A stretch of DNA of 64,000 nt from Candidatus Latescibacterota bacterium (GCA_963422735.1 OY730476.1:544001-608000), one strand, 5' to 3'. Shown: positions 11,631 to 22,311, counted from the first letter of the stretch. Program-made: numbers and translations. The notes: generated from the sequence alone by a model not told the origin.

Positions 11631-12752
11631 ATGCGCTACGCGCCCAAGATAGCCCTCGCACTGGCCAGCTTAGTCTGCGGCATCGCGCTGTGCGAGCTAG
11701 CGTTGAGCTTCTTGCACCCGCAGCTCTTCCGCCGCCCGCCCGTCTGGCGCTACGACCCCGAGCTGGGTTGGAGCCACATCCCAGATCGCGTCGGCCGCTT
11801 GGTCACCCCGGAATTCAATGTGGAAATGCGGATCAATAGCATCGGGTTGCGCGACCGCGATTTCGCGACCGCAAAAGCCGCCGGCGTCCGCCGCGTGGCC
11901 CTGTTCGGCGACTCGTTTGTCGAGGGGTGGGGCGTTCCCATAGAAGCCGCTGTCAGCCGTCAGCTCGAAGCCTGTCTCCAGCGGGAGAGAGCCTCAGTGG
12001 AGGTGGCCAATTTCGGGGTGGCTGGTTACGGCACGGACCAAGCGCTGCTGTTTTTCGAGCAACAGGAGCCGCGCTTTGGGGCCGATGAGGTGGTACTCTT
12101 TTTTTACGGCAACGACCTGTGGAACAATGCTTCGCGCCGGGGCATTGGTGCCGAGCGGGGCTTCAAGCCCTACTTCCGGGTGCGGGGCAATGGGCAGCTC
12201 GCGCTCGCAGGCGTCCCGGTAAAGCAGTCGAGCTTTTGGCACCAGCCGGCCGACGCGTTGCCCCTCGCGGCGCGGTTGAAACGCTATTTCTCGCAGCACT
12301 GGCACTTGTACCGGCTGGTGCAAAAGGCGTGGCAGCCGGAGGTGCCGCACGGGCAGCAGCAGGATTTTTACGCGGGCCTGTACGGCGCGGACGCGCGCTT
12401 TGCCCCGGCTTGGGAGCTGACGGGCCGCATCCTCGCGGCCTTTAAGCGCAGCGCCGAGCAGCACGGCGCACGCCTGACCGTTGCGTACGTGCCGTCGATC
12501 GTCCAGGTAGAAGAAGACAACTGGCGTGCCAAGCGCGAGCTATACGGCCTGATCGGCGAGTTCGACCTGCACAAGCCCAATGCCAAGCTAGCCGGCTTTG
12601 CCGAGCAGCACGGATTCGTGCTGATAGATTTGCTCGACGAGTTCAGAGAGAAGGCCCAAACCCAAACCCTGTATTGGCGCGATAGCCACTGGAACGCGGC
12701 CGGCCACGCCTTAGCTGCCGAGCGGCTCTGCGCGCATCTGCGGAGGCCCTAG
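11631..12752 (+). CDS. Membrane-anchored SGNH/GDSL hydrolase (AlgX/AlgJ-like O-acyltransferase or esterase)
   Basis: N-terminal TM helix; blocks FGDSF, NFGVAGYG, GND, DSHWN. Confidence 0.85.
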   Translation: MRYAPKIALALASLVCGIALCELALSFLHPQLFRRPPVWRYDPELGWSHIPDRVGRLVTPEFNVEMRINSIGLRDRDFATAKAAGVRRVALFGDSFVEGWGVPIEAAVSRQLEACLQRERASVEVANFGVAGYGTDQALLFFEQQEPRFGADEVVLFFYGNDLWNNASRRGIGAERGFKPYFRVRGNGQLALAGVPVKQSSFWHQPADALPLAARLKRYFSQHWHLYRLVQKAWQPEVPHGQQQDFYAGLYGADARFAPAWELTGRILAAFKRSAEQHGARLTVAYVPSIVQVEEDNWRAKRELYGLIGEFDLHKPNAKLAGFAEQHGFVLIDLLDEFREKAQTQTLYWRDSHWNAAGHALAAERLCAHLRRP

Positions 12753-12755
12753 CTC

Positions 12756-15119
12756 GTGGAGTGGCACAAGGATCTAGGGGCTGTGGGGCTGCTCGGGGCG
12801 GCGGTCGCCATTTTCTTCTGGCCGGCCGCTGCGCTAGAGGGGGCGTTTTTCGTGCAGGACGTGATGGTGCAAAACCACCCGTTCCGCGACTTTTTCGCCC
12901 GCGCCCTCCGCGAGGGCCAATTGCCGCTGTGGAATGCGGCGATCAACTGCGGCTTCCCCCTGTTTGCCGAAGGCCAGGCCGGGGCACTGTATCTGCCCAA
13001 TGTGATTTTGGCGTTGCTTTTGCCCACTTGGGCCGCGCTAAATTGGAACATTGTCTTGCACTTGTGGTTGGCGGGTGTTGGCATGTACGCGCTGGTGCGC
13101 GCTTTTGGCGCTGTGCGGCCGGCCGCGCTGTGTGCTGGGCTTTGCTACGCCCTGAGCGGATACATGATCGTGCGGGCCATGTCGCCCAACTTCATCGACG
13201 TATGTGCTTGGTTGCCGCTGCTGTTTTGGCTCGTCGATCGCATCCTGAACCGGGGGCACTTTTTTTACGTACTGCTTTTTGCCTTGGCGATTTGTTTGCA
13301 ACTGCTGGCTGGCCACCCCCAAGCAGCCCTGTACGGGGCCGTTGCCGTCGCGGGTTACTGGCTCTATCGGAGCTGGGTTCAGGGCGCGAGGTGGATCGCT
13401 TGGCCGACGCTGGCCGGCGCATTTGTGCTGGGTGTGGCCCTAGCTGCCGTCCAGCTAGGGCCTACTGCCGAATTAGTGCAGCTATCCAACCGCGGAGCCG
13501 GCCTTTTGTGGGCCAGCTTTGTCGCGATGTCGCTGCCGCCCGAGCGGCTAGCTACCTTGTTGTTGCCCAACTTCTTCGGCAATTCGGCGCACGGCACGTA
13601 CGGGAGCCGGGAGGTAGGTTTTTTCATCCAGCTCTGCGCTTACGTCGGCGTGGTGCCCCTGTTTTTGGCTTGGGCGGCCCTGCGCGAGCGGCGGGACGGC
13701 CAAGTCGGTTTTTTTGCCGCGCTCGCCCTTGCCGGGTTGGTACTCGCGCTGGGCAAATACACGGCCATCTTTTCCTTTTTTTATGAAATTCCGGGGTTTA
13801 GCCTGTTCCGCATCCCGACGCGCTTTTTGTTGTGGTTTGCCATGGGGGCATCCGTGCTCTGCGGCCTTGGTCTCGACCAAGTATTGCGCCGCCAGCGGCA
13901 CCGGCCCGCAAACGGCTGGCTGTTGGCCACAAGCCTCGGCGTGGCCAGTGCGGGCCTTTTGTTGGCCAGCGGAGTCGCGCTCTTTGTTGACAGCCCAGAA
14001 CAAGCGCGCTACATCCACCACTTGCGCGGCGATGGCCTGAGGCTCGTAGGGGCGTTGATAATCGGCGCGTGGCTGCTCAGCCGGCGGGCGCGGCGGTCCG
14101 CAGCGTGGGCTGCGCCCGTGGCCATTTTTGCCGAACTGTACAGCTTTGGCGCGGATTTTAACGGCACCATAGAGCCAGCCGCGTACACCGAGACCCCAGC
14201 GACCGCCCGCGAGATTTTGGCCGATCACACGGCCGCTGCGCCGCCGCGGGTCATCAGCTTGGTCACCGAGCGGAACTCGCCATTTGATTGGCACGGGGGA
14301 TGGGCCTACGACTTGGGGTCCTATCGCCGCTATAACGAGACCTTGCGGATGTATTCGGGGGGGCTATATGGAATTGCCAACGCGCTGCCGGGGTGGAGCC
14401 CGCTGCACCTATATCGCCACGGGGAGTTCGCCCGCGGCTATCCGGCATTTGCCGCTTTGGCTGGCGTGGAATACGCGGTGCGCTACAGCCGCGACGGGGA
14501 CATCGACGTGCAGCGCCTGCCCACAGCCTTGCCCCGCGCGTACGCGGTGGGCCAATTCCACCTCGCCACTAGTCCGCGGGCCGGACTGACTTACATAGCT
14601 CGTGGATTTTCCATGCGGCGCGAAGTTGTCTTGGAGGAAACGCCGGCCGCCTCGGTTGGGCCGGGCGGTGCGGCGCAGATCGTCCGCTACGAGGACGAAG
14701 AAGTCGCCGTGGCCCTCACCGACTCGGCCGGGGGGATTTTGGTCTTGAGCGATACCTACTATCCGGGCTGGCGGGCCTTTGTCGATGGGGTCGAGTGCCC
14801 GATCCTCCGCGCCAATCACGTGTTCCGCGCCGTAGTGGTCCCGGCCGGAGTGCGCGAGGTCGTTTTTTCGTACGAGCCGGATAGTTTCCGCTACGGCTTG
14901 CTGGTCAGCGTGGCTGCGGCCGCGCTCTGGTTGGGGTTGGCTTGGGGCGGTCGGCGGCTAATTTTGCCGCCGGTGGCGAATATGCCGGCGGACGCCGGGG
15001 CGCGGTTGAAGGTCCAGGCCTTGCTGGGAGTCTTGGTTTTCGTGCTCCACGCAATAGCCACGCAGGGGCCTTTGTGGAGCGGTTGGCTCGAACGCCTGCG
15101 GCTAGGGGTGGGGTCGTGA
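12756..15119 (+). CDS. YfhO-family polytopic membrane protein (GT-C glycosyltransferase-like)
   Basis: LPLWN...CGFPLFA.GQ...LY, AGHPQ, FRIPTRF, C-terminal LVLSDTYYPGWRA.VDG...RAN..FRAV.VPAG. Confidence 0.88.
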   Translation: MEWHKDLGAVGLLGAAVAIFFWPAAALEGAFFVQDVMVQNHPFRDFFARALREGQLPLWNAAINCGFPLFAEGQAGALYLPNVILALLLPTWAALNWNIVLHLWLAGVGMYALVRAFGAVRPAALCAGLCYALSGYMIVRAMSPNFIDVCAWLPLLFWLVDRILNRGHFFYVLLFALAICLQLLAGHPQAALYGAVAVAGYWLYRSWVQGARWIAWPTLAGAFVLGVALAAVQLGPTAELVQLSNRGAGLLWASFVAMSLPPERLATLLLPNFFGNSAHGTYGSREVGFFIQLCAYVGVVPLFLAWAALRERRDGQVGFFAALALAGLVLALGKYTAIFSFFYEIPGFSLFRIPTRFLLWFAMGASVLCGLGLDQVLRRQRHRPANGWLLATSLGVASAGLLLASGVALFVDSPEQARYIHHLRGDGLRLVGALIIGAWLLSRRARRSAAWAAPVAIFAELYSFGADFNGTIEPAAYTETPATAREILADHTAAAPPRVISLVTERNSPFDWHGGWAYDLGSYRRYNETLRMYSGGLYGIANALPGWSPLHLYRHGEFARGYPAFAALAGVEYAVRYSRDGDIDVQRLPTALPRAYAVGQFHLATSPRAGLTYIARGFSMRREVVLEETPAASVGPGGAAQIVRYEDEEVAVALTDSAGGILVLSDTYYPGWRAFVDGVECPILRANHVFRAVVVPAGVREVVFSYEPDSFRYGLLVSVAAAALWLGLAWGGRRLILPPVANMPADAGARLKVQALLGVLVFVLHAIATQGPLWSGWLERLRLGVGS

Positions 15120-16960
15120 TGGGGGGGATCATCGGGCTGGCCGCAGGGGCCGCCGCGCTCGCGGTTTATGGAATGACGCTGTGCCCGACCGTGTACGTAG
15201 AGGGGAGCGGCGAGCTGATCGGCGCGGCCTATAGGTTGGGGACAGCGCATCCGACCGGGTATCCCCTGTTCTGCCTCTGCAGCCGCTTGCTGGTGCTGGC
15301 ACTTTCGTGGGTCAGCCCGGCCGTGGCGGTCAATGCCGCATCAGCTCTATTTGCCGCTGCCTGTTGTGGGGCCTTGGCGGCCGTGCTCTACGGGCGCGGG
15401 GTGCGGCCTGTGGTAGCTTTGGCCGCGGCCTTGGTGCTGGCGTTTTCGCGCACCTTTTGGTCCCAGGCCGTCATCGCCGAAGTCTATGGCTTGGCCTTAT
15501 TGCTCGTGGTCTTAGTTCTGGCTCAAGCCCTTAGAGCGTGTGAGAGCAAGGAGCCGTGCCAAGTAATCCTCTTGGGCTGGCTCATGGGCTTGGGTCTCAC
15601 GGCTCACTTGATACAGGTGCTTGTCTGGCCGGGCGTGGTCGCGGTCTTGGCCTGGCACTGGCCCGCGCTTTGGCGGCGGCCCCTGTTGCTGGCGCAGGGG
15701 ATGCTCGCTGCGCTGGTGGCGTACAGCTTGGTGGCATACTTACCGCTGCGCAATGGCCGGGGCACAGGATTTCACTGGGGGCCACTCAACGACCTTGCGA
15801 CCCTGTGGCAGCACTTGAGCGGCGCGCTCTATCGCTCGTCGTTTTTTTCGCTGCCCTTAGAGGGCATGTTGCTCAACGCCCAGCGCTGGTTGGCGCAGGC
15901 GGCCGGCGAGTTCCATCCCGCGTTGCTGCCGTTGGTCGCTTGGGGTGGGTGGGCAGCTTGGCGTCGTGACCGTAGTATATTCGTCTTGGCTGGGGGGGCA
16001 ATCGCCTGTAATTTGATCGCCGCGCTCAACTACCACCGCGACCCCAATGGTCTGCCGGTATTTTACTTGCTCAGCATCGTGGGATTGGCGGTGTGGTTGG
16101 GCTTGGGGTTGGACGCATTGGCTAGCCGGATGCGGCCGGCCATCTCGGTGCCGCTTGTCGCGCTCGTCGTCGCCTTAGTGCTGACCGCGCACTACGAGGA
16201 ATCCGACCGCAGCGAAAATTGGGTCGCCGACCGCTATGGCCGCGACATTCTCGCCGACTTGCCCGCGGGTGCGATCCTGATTACCGAGGGGGACGATGCG
16301 GCCTTTGTGCTCGACTACCTGTTGCGGATAGAGGGCTTGCGCCCGGATGTGACCTTGTACAACCGCATGGGACGGGGGACGGACGTACTCGCTTGGAACG
16401 AGCACGCGCTGCCACCGCTAAGGCAGGAGCGGCTGCGCTGGCGGCGCGAAGCCGCATTGGCTCGGGGCGGCCGGCCCCTTTTTTATTTGGTCCCGCGCCG
16501 CTCGCCGCTGGCGGAGTGGGTGTTTGTGCCTGCGGGCTTGGTCTATCGCCTGCAAGCATCCGACGACAGCACGGGGGCCGCCTCGCCGATCGAGATGGGC
16601 AACGCGTTGGCCACGGGCTTTTTTCGCGACCCTTGGGTGCGGAAGATCCAGAGCAATTACTATTTTATGGCCGGCGAGGAGCGTCTGTGGGCCGAGGATC
16701 GGGCCGGGGCCACGGCCGCGTACGAGCAGGCGGCGACCCTCGCTTTCGATTCGCGCACCACGCGCTTTAACGTAGCACTTAAGCTGTTTGAAGTTGGCGA
16801 GTTGGATCGGGCTATGGACCATGCGGCGGCCGCGGCGGCCATCGACCCTTGGCAGCCTACTCTCTATCGCCTGATGGCGCGCATCGAGCGCGAACAGGGT
16901 CGCTATGACGAGGCGCGCCGTTGGAACCAAAAAGTAGGCGAGTTGCAGCGAGTGCCTTGA
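15119..16960 (+). CDS. DUF2723/TMEM260-like membrane glycosyltransferase with C-terminal TPR
   Basis: SGELI..A..LG.AHPTGYPLF, FWSQAVIAEVY, YLPLR, GDD motifs; start overlaps the upstream stop (TGATG). Confidence 0.85.
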   Translation: MGGIIGLAAGAAALAVYGMTLCPTVYVEGSGELIGAAYRLGTAHPTGYPLFCLCSRLLVLALSWVSPAVAVNAASALFAAACCGALAAVLYGRGVRPVVALAAALVLAFSRTFWSQAVIAEVYGLALLLVVLVLAQALRACESKEPCQVILLGWLMGLGLTAHLIQVLVWPGVVAVLAWHWPALWRRPLLLAQGMLAALVAYSLVAYLPLRNGRGTGFHWGPLNDLATLWQHLSGALYRSSFFSLPLEGMLLNAQRWLAQAAGEFHPALLPLVAWGGWAAWRRDRSIFVLAGGAIACNLIAALNYHRDPNGLPVFYLLSIVGLAVWLGLGLDALASRMRPAISVPLVALVVALVLTAHYEESDRSENWVADRYGRDILADLPAGAILITEGDDAAFVLDYLLRIEGLRPDVTLYNRMGRGTDVLAWNEHALPPLRQERLRWRREAALARGGRPLFYLVPRRSPLAEWVFVPAGLVYRLQASDDSTGAASPIEMGNALATGFFRDPWVRKIQSNYYFMAGEERLWAEDRAGATAAYEQAATLAFDSRTTRFNVALKLFEVGELDRAMDHAAAAAAIDPWQPTLYRLMARIEREQGRYDEARRWNQKVGELQRVP

Positions 16961-17018
16961 CGGGGTTCAATATGTATAAGCTGCGGCTGCTTACCCTTTA
17001 ACGCCGCTGAGGGTCGCT

Positions 17019-17489
17019 ATGGAAAAATTAAAACGCATACTCGATCCGCATAAGGTCGTTCTAAACCTCGCAGCGCAGCGCAACTTCGATGCCATCCGCG
17101 AATTGGCTACCGTGCTGTGGCAAGACGCCGCCGTGCCTAAGCCCGGCCAGAAGGGCTTGCTCGCGGCCTTGATTCGGCGCGAGCAACAGGCCTCCACGGG
17201 TATTGGCAAGGGCGTGGCCGTACCCCACGCACGCGAGGATGGGATCCAGCGCCAACTCTTAGCCATTGGTATCTCGCAGGCCGGCATTGACTTTGACGCG
17301 CCCGATGGCCAGCCCGTACACATCGTCGCGCTGTTGGTCACGCCCTACAAACACCAAAAACAGCACATGGCGCTGCTGGCGGCCTTGTCGCAGTGCTTGC
17401 AGCAGGAGGAAGTGCGCCAGCGCTTGCTGCAAGCGGCTGATGCAGTCGAGGCCGTCGATATTTTCACGCGCAACCCACCCTTGGGCTGA
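17019..17489 (+). CDS. PTS EIIA domain protein (Fru/Ntr type, PtsN-like)
   Basis: RE...STGIGKGVAVPHAR (phospho-His), GIDFDAPDGQPV. Confidence 0.9.
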   Translation: MEKLKRILDPHKVVLNLAAQRNFDAIRELATVLWQDAAVPKPGQKGLLAALIRREQQASTGIGKGVAVPHAREDGIQRQLLAIGISQAGIDFDAPDGQPVHIVALLVTPYKHQKQHMALLAALSQCLQQEEVRQRLLQAADAVEAVDIFTRNPPLG

Positions 17490-17505
17490 GCGCAGCGCAA
17501 AAATC

Positions 17506-19578
17506 ATGGTTCCAGAATTCACTAGGGCGGTACATGCCCCCTTATTTGAGCGGCACACTTGCTTTCTCGCTGGGCCGCTCGTAGCGGGGCAGCGGCAGGC
17601 TTTGATCGAACGGCTGCGGGTCTTGCTCTCAGCCGGGGTGCCTGGATACGCGATCTTGGTGCTGTTGCCCGACCGGGCGACCGCGCGGCGCTTTCGCCAA
17701 GCAGTAGATCGGCTCGACTTGGGTCCGTACAGCACCGTTGATCTACAGACGTACTACGGGCTAGCGAGTCGGTTGGTGCGGCTGTTTTGGCCACTGGTGG
17801 CTGGCAAGGCCGGCTTTGCTGCGCCGGCGCGGCCGCCGGTCTTCCTCAATTACGAGGCCGCCCAATACCTGATGGGGCAGGTGGTCGAGCCGCTGCTCGC
17901 CGAGGGCTATTTCGAGGGCCTGTACCTGCGGCCCCAGCGCATTCTCTCGCAATTGCTCGACAATTTGAACAAGGCGGCCGTAGCGGATTTCGCGCTCGCG
18001 GAGGTGGTGCCGCGCCTGAGTCTCGCTTGGGCCGGGGACGAGCAGCGATTGCGCGTATACGAACAGGTACAGACGTGCATCAGCCGCTACCGCAACCACT
18101 GCCTGCGGCACGGGTTGCTCGATGCGTCGCTGGTCTTTGAGGTCTGCAACCGCCACCTGATCGCGCAGGAGGAATTCTGGCACTACTTCACCGAGCGCTA
18201 TCGCCACCTCTTGATCGACTCGGCCGAAGAGCTGGTGCCGGTGGCCAGCGATTTGGTGAGGCGGCTTTTGCCTAGGTGCGATTCGGCCCTATTGGGCGGA
18301 GACGCGCAAGCTGGCTTTCGCATCTTTTTAGGCGTTGATGCGCCCGGTGCCACCGAGCTACAGCAGCAGTGCGTGGAGACGATTACTGTGGCACCGGAGG
18401 CGTGTGCCTCTCGAGATATGGTGGCCTTTGCCGACTGCATTGGCGCAAAGTTGGGCCAGATGACCGACGGCGCCTCAGGCGGGTCGCCTCGGCTGGCCGT
18501 GGCGGATGTGGTGCAGACCCGCTACCGAGGGCAGATGATCGAGGCCGTGGCCCAACGGATCGTCCAGAAGATCGCCGAGGGTATAGCCCCGGGCGAAATC
18601 GCGGTTGTGGCCCCACACGCCGACGGGGTGTTGCGCTTCCTCTTGTCTGAAACCTTTCGCGCTGCCGATATCCCCTTTGCAGTTGTGCGGCGCTACGAGA
18701 CGCTGCGCGAAGAGCCGGTGGTGCGCGCCTGTCTGACGCTGGCCATTCTCGCCCACCCCGATTGGGGACAGCGGCTCTCGCTCTTCGATTTGTCCGGGGC
18801 GTTGGAGCGGGCACTCAAGCCCCTCGACCGGCTGCGGGCCGAACTGATGGCGAGGCATTTGTACGACCCGCGCTCGGGCCAGCTCAAACCCGCGAGTGCG
18901 TTGAATGACGCTATGAGCGAGCGGATGGGCCGGGCCGCGCTCGCCCGCTATGAGGCTCTGCGCGCTTGGATTGAGGCGTATCGCGGCGGCGCGGCTGACC
19001 CTTGGGATCACTTTTTGCGCCGGCTCTTCGGGGAGGTGCTGTCGCACGCCGCGCTGGAACCCGAAGAGGCCGAGGTATACAGCAAGCTGATCGCCTCGGC
19101 GGCCTCGTTCCGCGAGGTGGCCCCGGCTATGGCGCTAGAAGACGCGGCCATTGGCCAGCGTTACGTCGAGATGATATGGTCTGGGGTCGTTGCCGCCCAG
19201 TACCTGACCGATGTCGATCTCGATGAGGCCCCAGAGTCCATTGCCCTCGTCGCGCCGGTCTATACCTACTTGCTGTCCGGCCACGTGGCGCGCTACCAGT
19301 TCTGGCTGGACATTGGCTCGGCCAACTGGTGGGAGCCACTGCACCAGCCCTTGACCAACCACTACGTGCTGACCCGGCGCTGGAACCCAGAGGAGCGCTG
19401 GACCGACGCGGTGGATTACTCGATCCGCAACCGCAACCTCTACCGCTTGGTGCGGGGCCTGTGCTTGCGCTGCCGCGCCGGGATTTACCTCTGCGCCAGC
19501 GAGTCGGAAAGTCGCGGCTCGGCGCAGGATGGGCCACTGATGATGGCGGTGCAGCAGGTCTTGCAGGAGGGGTGGTGA
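17506..19578 (+). CDS. Degenerate SF1 helicase-like protein (RecC/AddB-like partner subunit)
   Basis: UvrD-like layout, but Walker A reads GPLVAGQR and Walker B reads LLIDSAEE; GEIAVVAP and L.RCRAGIYLC echo helicase motifs; overlaps the next gene (GTGA). Confidence 0.7.
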   Translation: MVPEFTRAVHAPLFERHTCFLAGPLVAGQRQALIERLRVLLSAGVPGYAILVLLPDRATARRFRQAVDRLDLGPYSTVDLQTYYGLASRLVRLFWPLVAGKAGFAAPARPPVFLNYEAAQYLMGQVVEPLLAEGYFEGLYLRPQRILSQLLDNLNKAAVADFALAEVVPRLSLAWAGDEQRLRVYEQVQTCISRYRNHCLRHGLLDASLVFEVCNRHLIAQEEFWHYFTERYRHLLIDSAEELVPVASDLVRRLLPRCDSALLGGDAQAGFRIFLGVDAPGATELQQQCVETITVAPEACASRDMVAFADCIGAKLGQMTDGASGGSPRLAVADVVQTRYRGQMIEAVAQRIVQKIAEGIAPGEIAVVAPHADGVLRFLLSETFRAADIPFAVVRRYETLREEPVVRACLTLAILAHPDWGQRLSLFDLSGALERALKPLDRLRAELMARHLYDPRSGQLKPASALNDAMSERMGRAALARYEALRAWIEAYRGGAADPWDHFLRRLFGEVLSHAALEPEEAEVYSKLIASAASFREVAPAMALEDAAIGQRYVEMIWSGVVAAQYLTDVDLDEAPESIALVAPVYTYLLSGHVARYQFWLDIGSANWWEPLHQPLTNHYVLTRRWNPEERWTDAVDYSIRNRNLYRLVRGLCLRCRAGIYLCASESESRGSAQDGPLMMAVQQVLQEGW

Positions 19579-21779
19579 ACGCATTCCAGCCGCGCGCGGG
19601 ACAGCGCGAGATCTTGGCCTATCAAAGCGGCCTGCTCGGCGTATCAGCTGTACCCGGTAGCGGCAAGACCGCCGCGATTGTCGCCTTGGCGACTCGGCTG
19701 ATCGCCGAAAGGCGCGCCGAGGGAGGACAGGTGCTGATTGTGACCTATCAAAATGCGGCCGTGGACCACGTCCGCGCCCGGATCGGCCAGCGCTTGCAAG
19801 AAATGGACATGCTCCAGGTCGGCTACGACGTGCGGACCTTGCACAGCTTGGCCTACGGCATCGTCCAAGCCAATCCCGGGCTGGTGGGGGCAGCAGCCGA
19901 ATTTATGGTCCTCGACGAGCGCGCCAGCGAGGGCTTGCTCGACAAGGCAGTGCGGACCTGGAACGACGACAACAAGGGGGTATGGGGCCGGTTAGGGCCT
20001 GGGGAATACGTGGATCAGCAGTGGGAGCAGGAGTGGCGCGATATTGCGAGAAAAGTCGCCCGCACGGTCATCACTACGGCCAAGAACCGCCGGCTGCGGG
20101 CCGAGGACCTCTTAGCGCGGATCGGCAGCCGGGAAGACGGCGACCCGTTTTTGCGGATCGGCGCGGAAATCTATCGGCTCTACCAGCAGCAAGTCGAAAC
20201 CATCGGCGGCCTCGACTTCGACGACTTAGTGTGGATGGCCGTAGAGCTGTTGCAGCAATACCAGGATTTGTGCGGTCGCTATCGACGGCGTTGGCCCTTC
20301 GTCTTAGAAGACGAAGCGCAAGACAGCGTCCCCTTGCAGGAGGAACTGATCGCGCTATTGGTGGGGCCGGGCGGCAATTGGATCCGGGTCGGCGATCCCA
20401 ATCAGGCGATTATGAGCACCTTCACCGCAGCCGATCCAGGCTATTTGCGCCGCTTCTTGGATCGCGAAGACGTCGCGGTCGAGGAGATGACGATCTCCGG
20501 CCGCTGCGCTCCCAAGATCATGGACTTGGCCAATTTTTTGGTCGAGTGGGCCGCGGTCGAACATCCACTGGCCGAGGTGCGCCAGCGCGCTTTCCGGCCC
20601 CAGCAGATGCAGCCCACCGACCGCGGCGATCCCCAGCAAAACCCCGCGGACGCAGACAGCGCCATAGGGTTCCGCGAATACAACAACCGCCACGATGAAT
20701 TTGACAGCATTACACGCCGGGCCAAAGGCTTTGCCGAGCGCAATCCGGACCTGACAGTGGCGGTGCTGGTGCCGACCAATCGCATCGGCTACGATATGGC
20801 CGAGCGCTTGCGCCAAGCCGGAGCGGACTTCGACGAAGTGCTGCAAAGCCCGCGCTCGGCGCGGCGGGTGGGTGAGGCCCTATGCGCGGTGTTAGGTTTT
20901 CTCGCCGAGCCTTTGCAGCGCAATCAGTTGGAGCGGGCCTACCGCGCCTTGGTCGGCTTTTGGCCCGGGCCGGGTGGTCCGGGGAACGAGGAGGCCGTGG
21001 CCATGCTGCTGCGCAGTTGCTATCGGCCCGAAGCACTGCTCTACCCGGAGGCCGGCCAGCGCATAGAAGCGGCCCTGCCTCCGCTGAAGCACATCGAGCC
21101 GCAGGATTTGGAGGCCATTGACCTGCTGTGTGGCTATCTGCGGCGCTGGCTGCGGGCGGTTGCGCTGCCGGTAGATCAACTCCTGATGACGGTCGCCCAA
21201 GATTTGCTAGTAGAGGAAGGGGATATGGCGCGGGCGCAGCAACTTGCGGTCTATGTGCGCACCCGCGCCGACCAAAACAGAGGCTGGCAATTGCCCGAGT
21301 TGGTGCGCGAGCTAAGCGAAGCCATGCAGGGACGAGCGGGGGTGCTTGCTCAAGAAGAGGACGTATTGGCACCTCGGTCTGGGCGGATTTTTTTGACGAC
21401 TATGCACAAGGCCAAAGGGATGGAGTGGGATATAGTCTATGTCATGGGAGTCGATGGCGATTGGTTTCCCCACGATCTCGACGCTCGATTTTTGGGCGAA
21501 TACGAGTTTTTAGGCGGCGATCCCTGCGAGGATGCGCGGGCTGAGTTGTTGGACCTGATCGGCGAAATCGGGTCGAGCCGGCTGTCGGCCACCGATCGCT
21601 CCCACGCGGAAGTGATCGCCGAGCGGCTGCGGCTGCTCTACGTGGCCATCACCCGCGCGCGGCGCTATTTGGTCCTGAACTGGAGTCGCCAGATTCCGCG
21701 CGCCACGCGGACGCAGGCCGTGCCCATGGCCGAAGTGTTCCGCCAGTTGCAACTCTATTGCGAGCAACAGAGCCGCTGA
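19575..21779 (+). CDS. UvrD/REP-family ATP-dependent DNA helicase with no fused nuclease
   Basis: AVPGSGKT, TLHSLA, LEDEAQD, VGDPNQAI, TMHKAKGMEWD, RLLYVAITRAR. Confidence 0.93.
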   Translation: MNAFQPRAGQREILAYQSGLLGVSAVPGSGKTAAIVALATRLIAERRAEGGQVLIVTYQNAAVDHVRARIGQRLQEMDMLQVGYDVRTLHSLAYGIVQANPGLVGAAAEFMVLDERASEGLLDKAVRTWNDDNKGVWGRLGPGEYVDQQWEQEWRDIARKVARTVITTAKNRRLRAEDLLARIGSREDGDPFLRIGAEIYRLYQQQVETIGGLDFDDLVWMAVELLQQYQDLCGRYRRRWPFVLEDEAQDSVPLQEELIALLVGPGGNWIRVGDPNQAIMSTFTAADPGYLRRFLDREDVAVEEMTISGRCAPKIMDLANFLVEWAAVEHPLAEVRQRAFRPQQMQPTDRGDPQQNPADADSAIGFREYNNRHDEFDSITRRAKGFAERNPDLTVAVLVPTNRIGYDMAERLRQAGADFDEVLQSPRSARRVGEALCAVLGFLAEPLQRNQLERAYRALVGFWPGPGGPGNEEAVAMLLRSCYRPEALLYPEAGQRIEAALPPLKHIEPQDLEAIDLLCGYLRRWLRAVALPVDQLLMTVAQDLLVEEGDMARAQQLAVYVRTRADQNRGWQLPELVRELSEAMQGRAGVLAQEEDVLAPRSGRIFLTTMHKAKGMEWDIVYVMGVDGDWFPHDLDARFLGEYEFLGGDPCEDARAELLDLIGEIGSSRLSATDRSHAEVIAERLRLLYVAITRARRYLVLNWSRQIPRATRTQAVPMAEVFRQLQLYCEQQSR

Positions 21780-22300
21780 TATTGAGCCAACTCATCGCTA
21801 TTTGAAAGGGCATAGACAAAGAGGTTTATCCTGTCTCCAGCCTGATGGCTTTTGCTTTGGCCTCGCAGGTTTGCGTTCAGCAAATTTGTTCGTCTATACG
21901 ATGGACGAGATTGCCAGAATGGCCAAGGAACCTAGGATGGGTACGGACGAGAGCGTCCCTGCCAAAAAGGATGCTCCGGCCACTGAGGTTGAAATTGGAA
22001 CTCTGTTCGGGAGTACCCGTTCCGAAAGTTTCACTACATTCAGATGATAGGGGCCTTCTTCGGCGGAGGGATTGGACCTATTTCCTCTCTTCCGGCGTTT
22101 TACGTTTCGTGGTTTCCGAGTGAGCGAGTGGCCATTGGCCCAGAAGTCACCTTTGGGAGGTTTACAGATTACAGATGATAGTTTCACTTCTCTATTGCTG
22201 GGATGTTGGGCTACATTTTTTCTCAGATCCTCATCTATTCTTCGCCTAATAACTTCTCGCTCGTTTTCGGACTTGGCACCCGACTTGGTGGAGCGGGTAA
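21780..22300. other. AT-richer intervening segment with a questionable antisense ORF (21894-22319); probable remnant of inserted DNA
   Basis: Clear compositional shift inside an otherwise tightly coupled operon; no recognisable domain. Confidence 0.4.
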
Positions 22301-22311
22301 AGGAGGACAAA

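Noticed and set aside
22274-22289. Second sigma-54 promoter (TGGCAC-N5-TTGGT) before the NYN gene
   Set aside because: The -12 GC is GG and the site is very close to the RBS; it may just be a short GACTTGG direct repeat.
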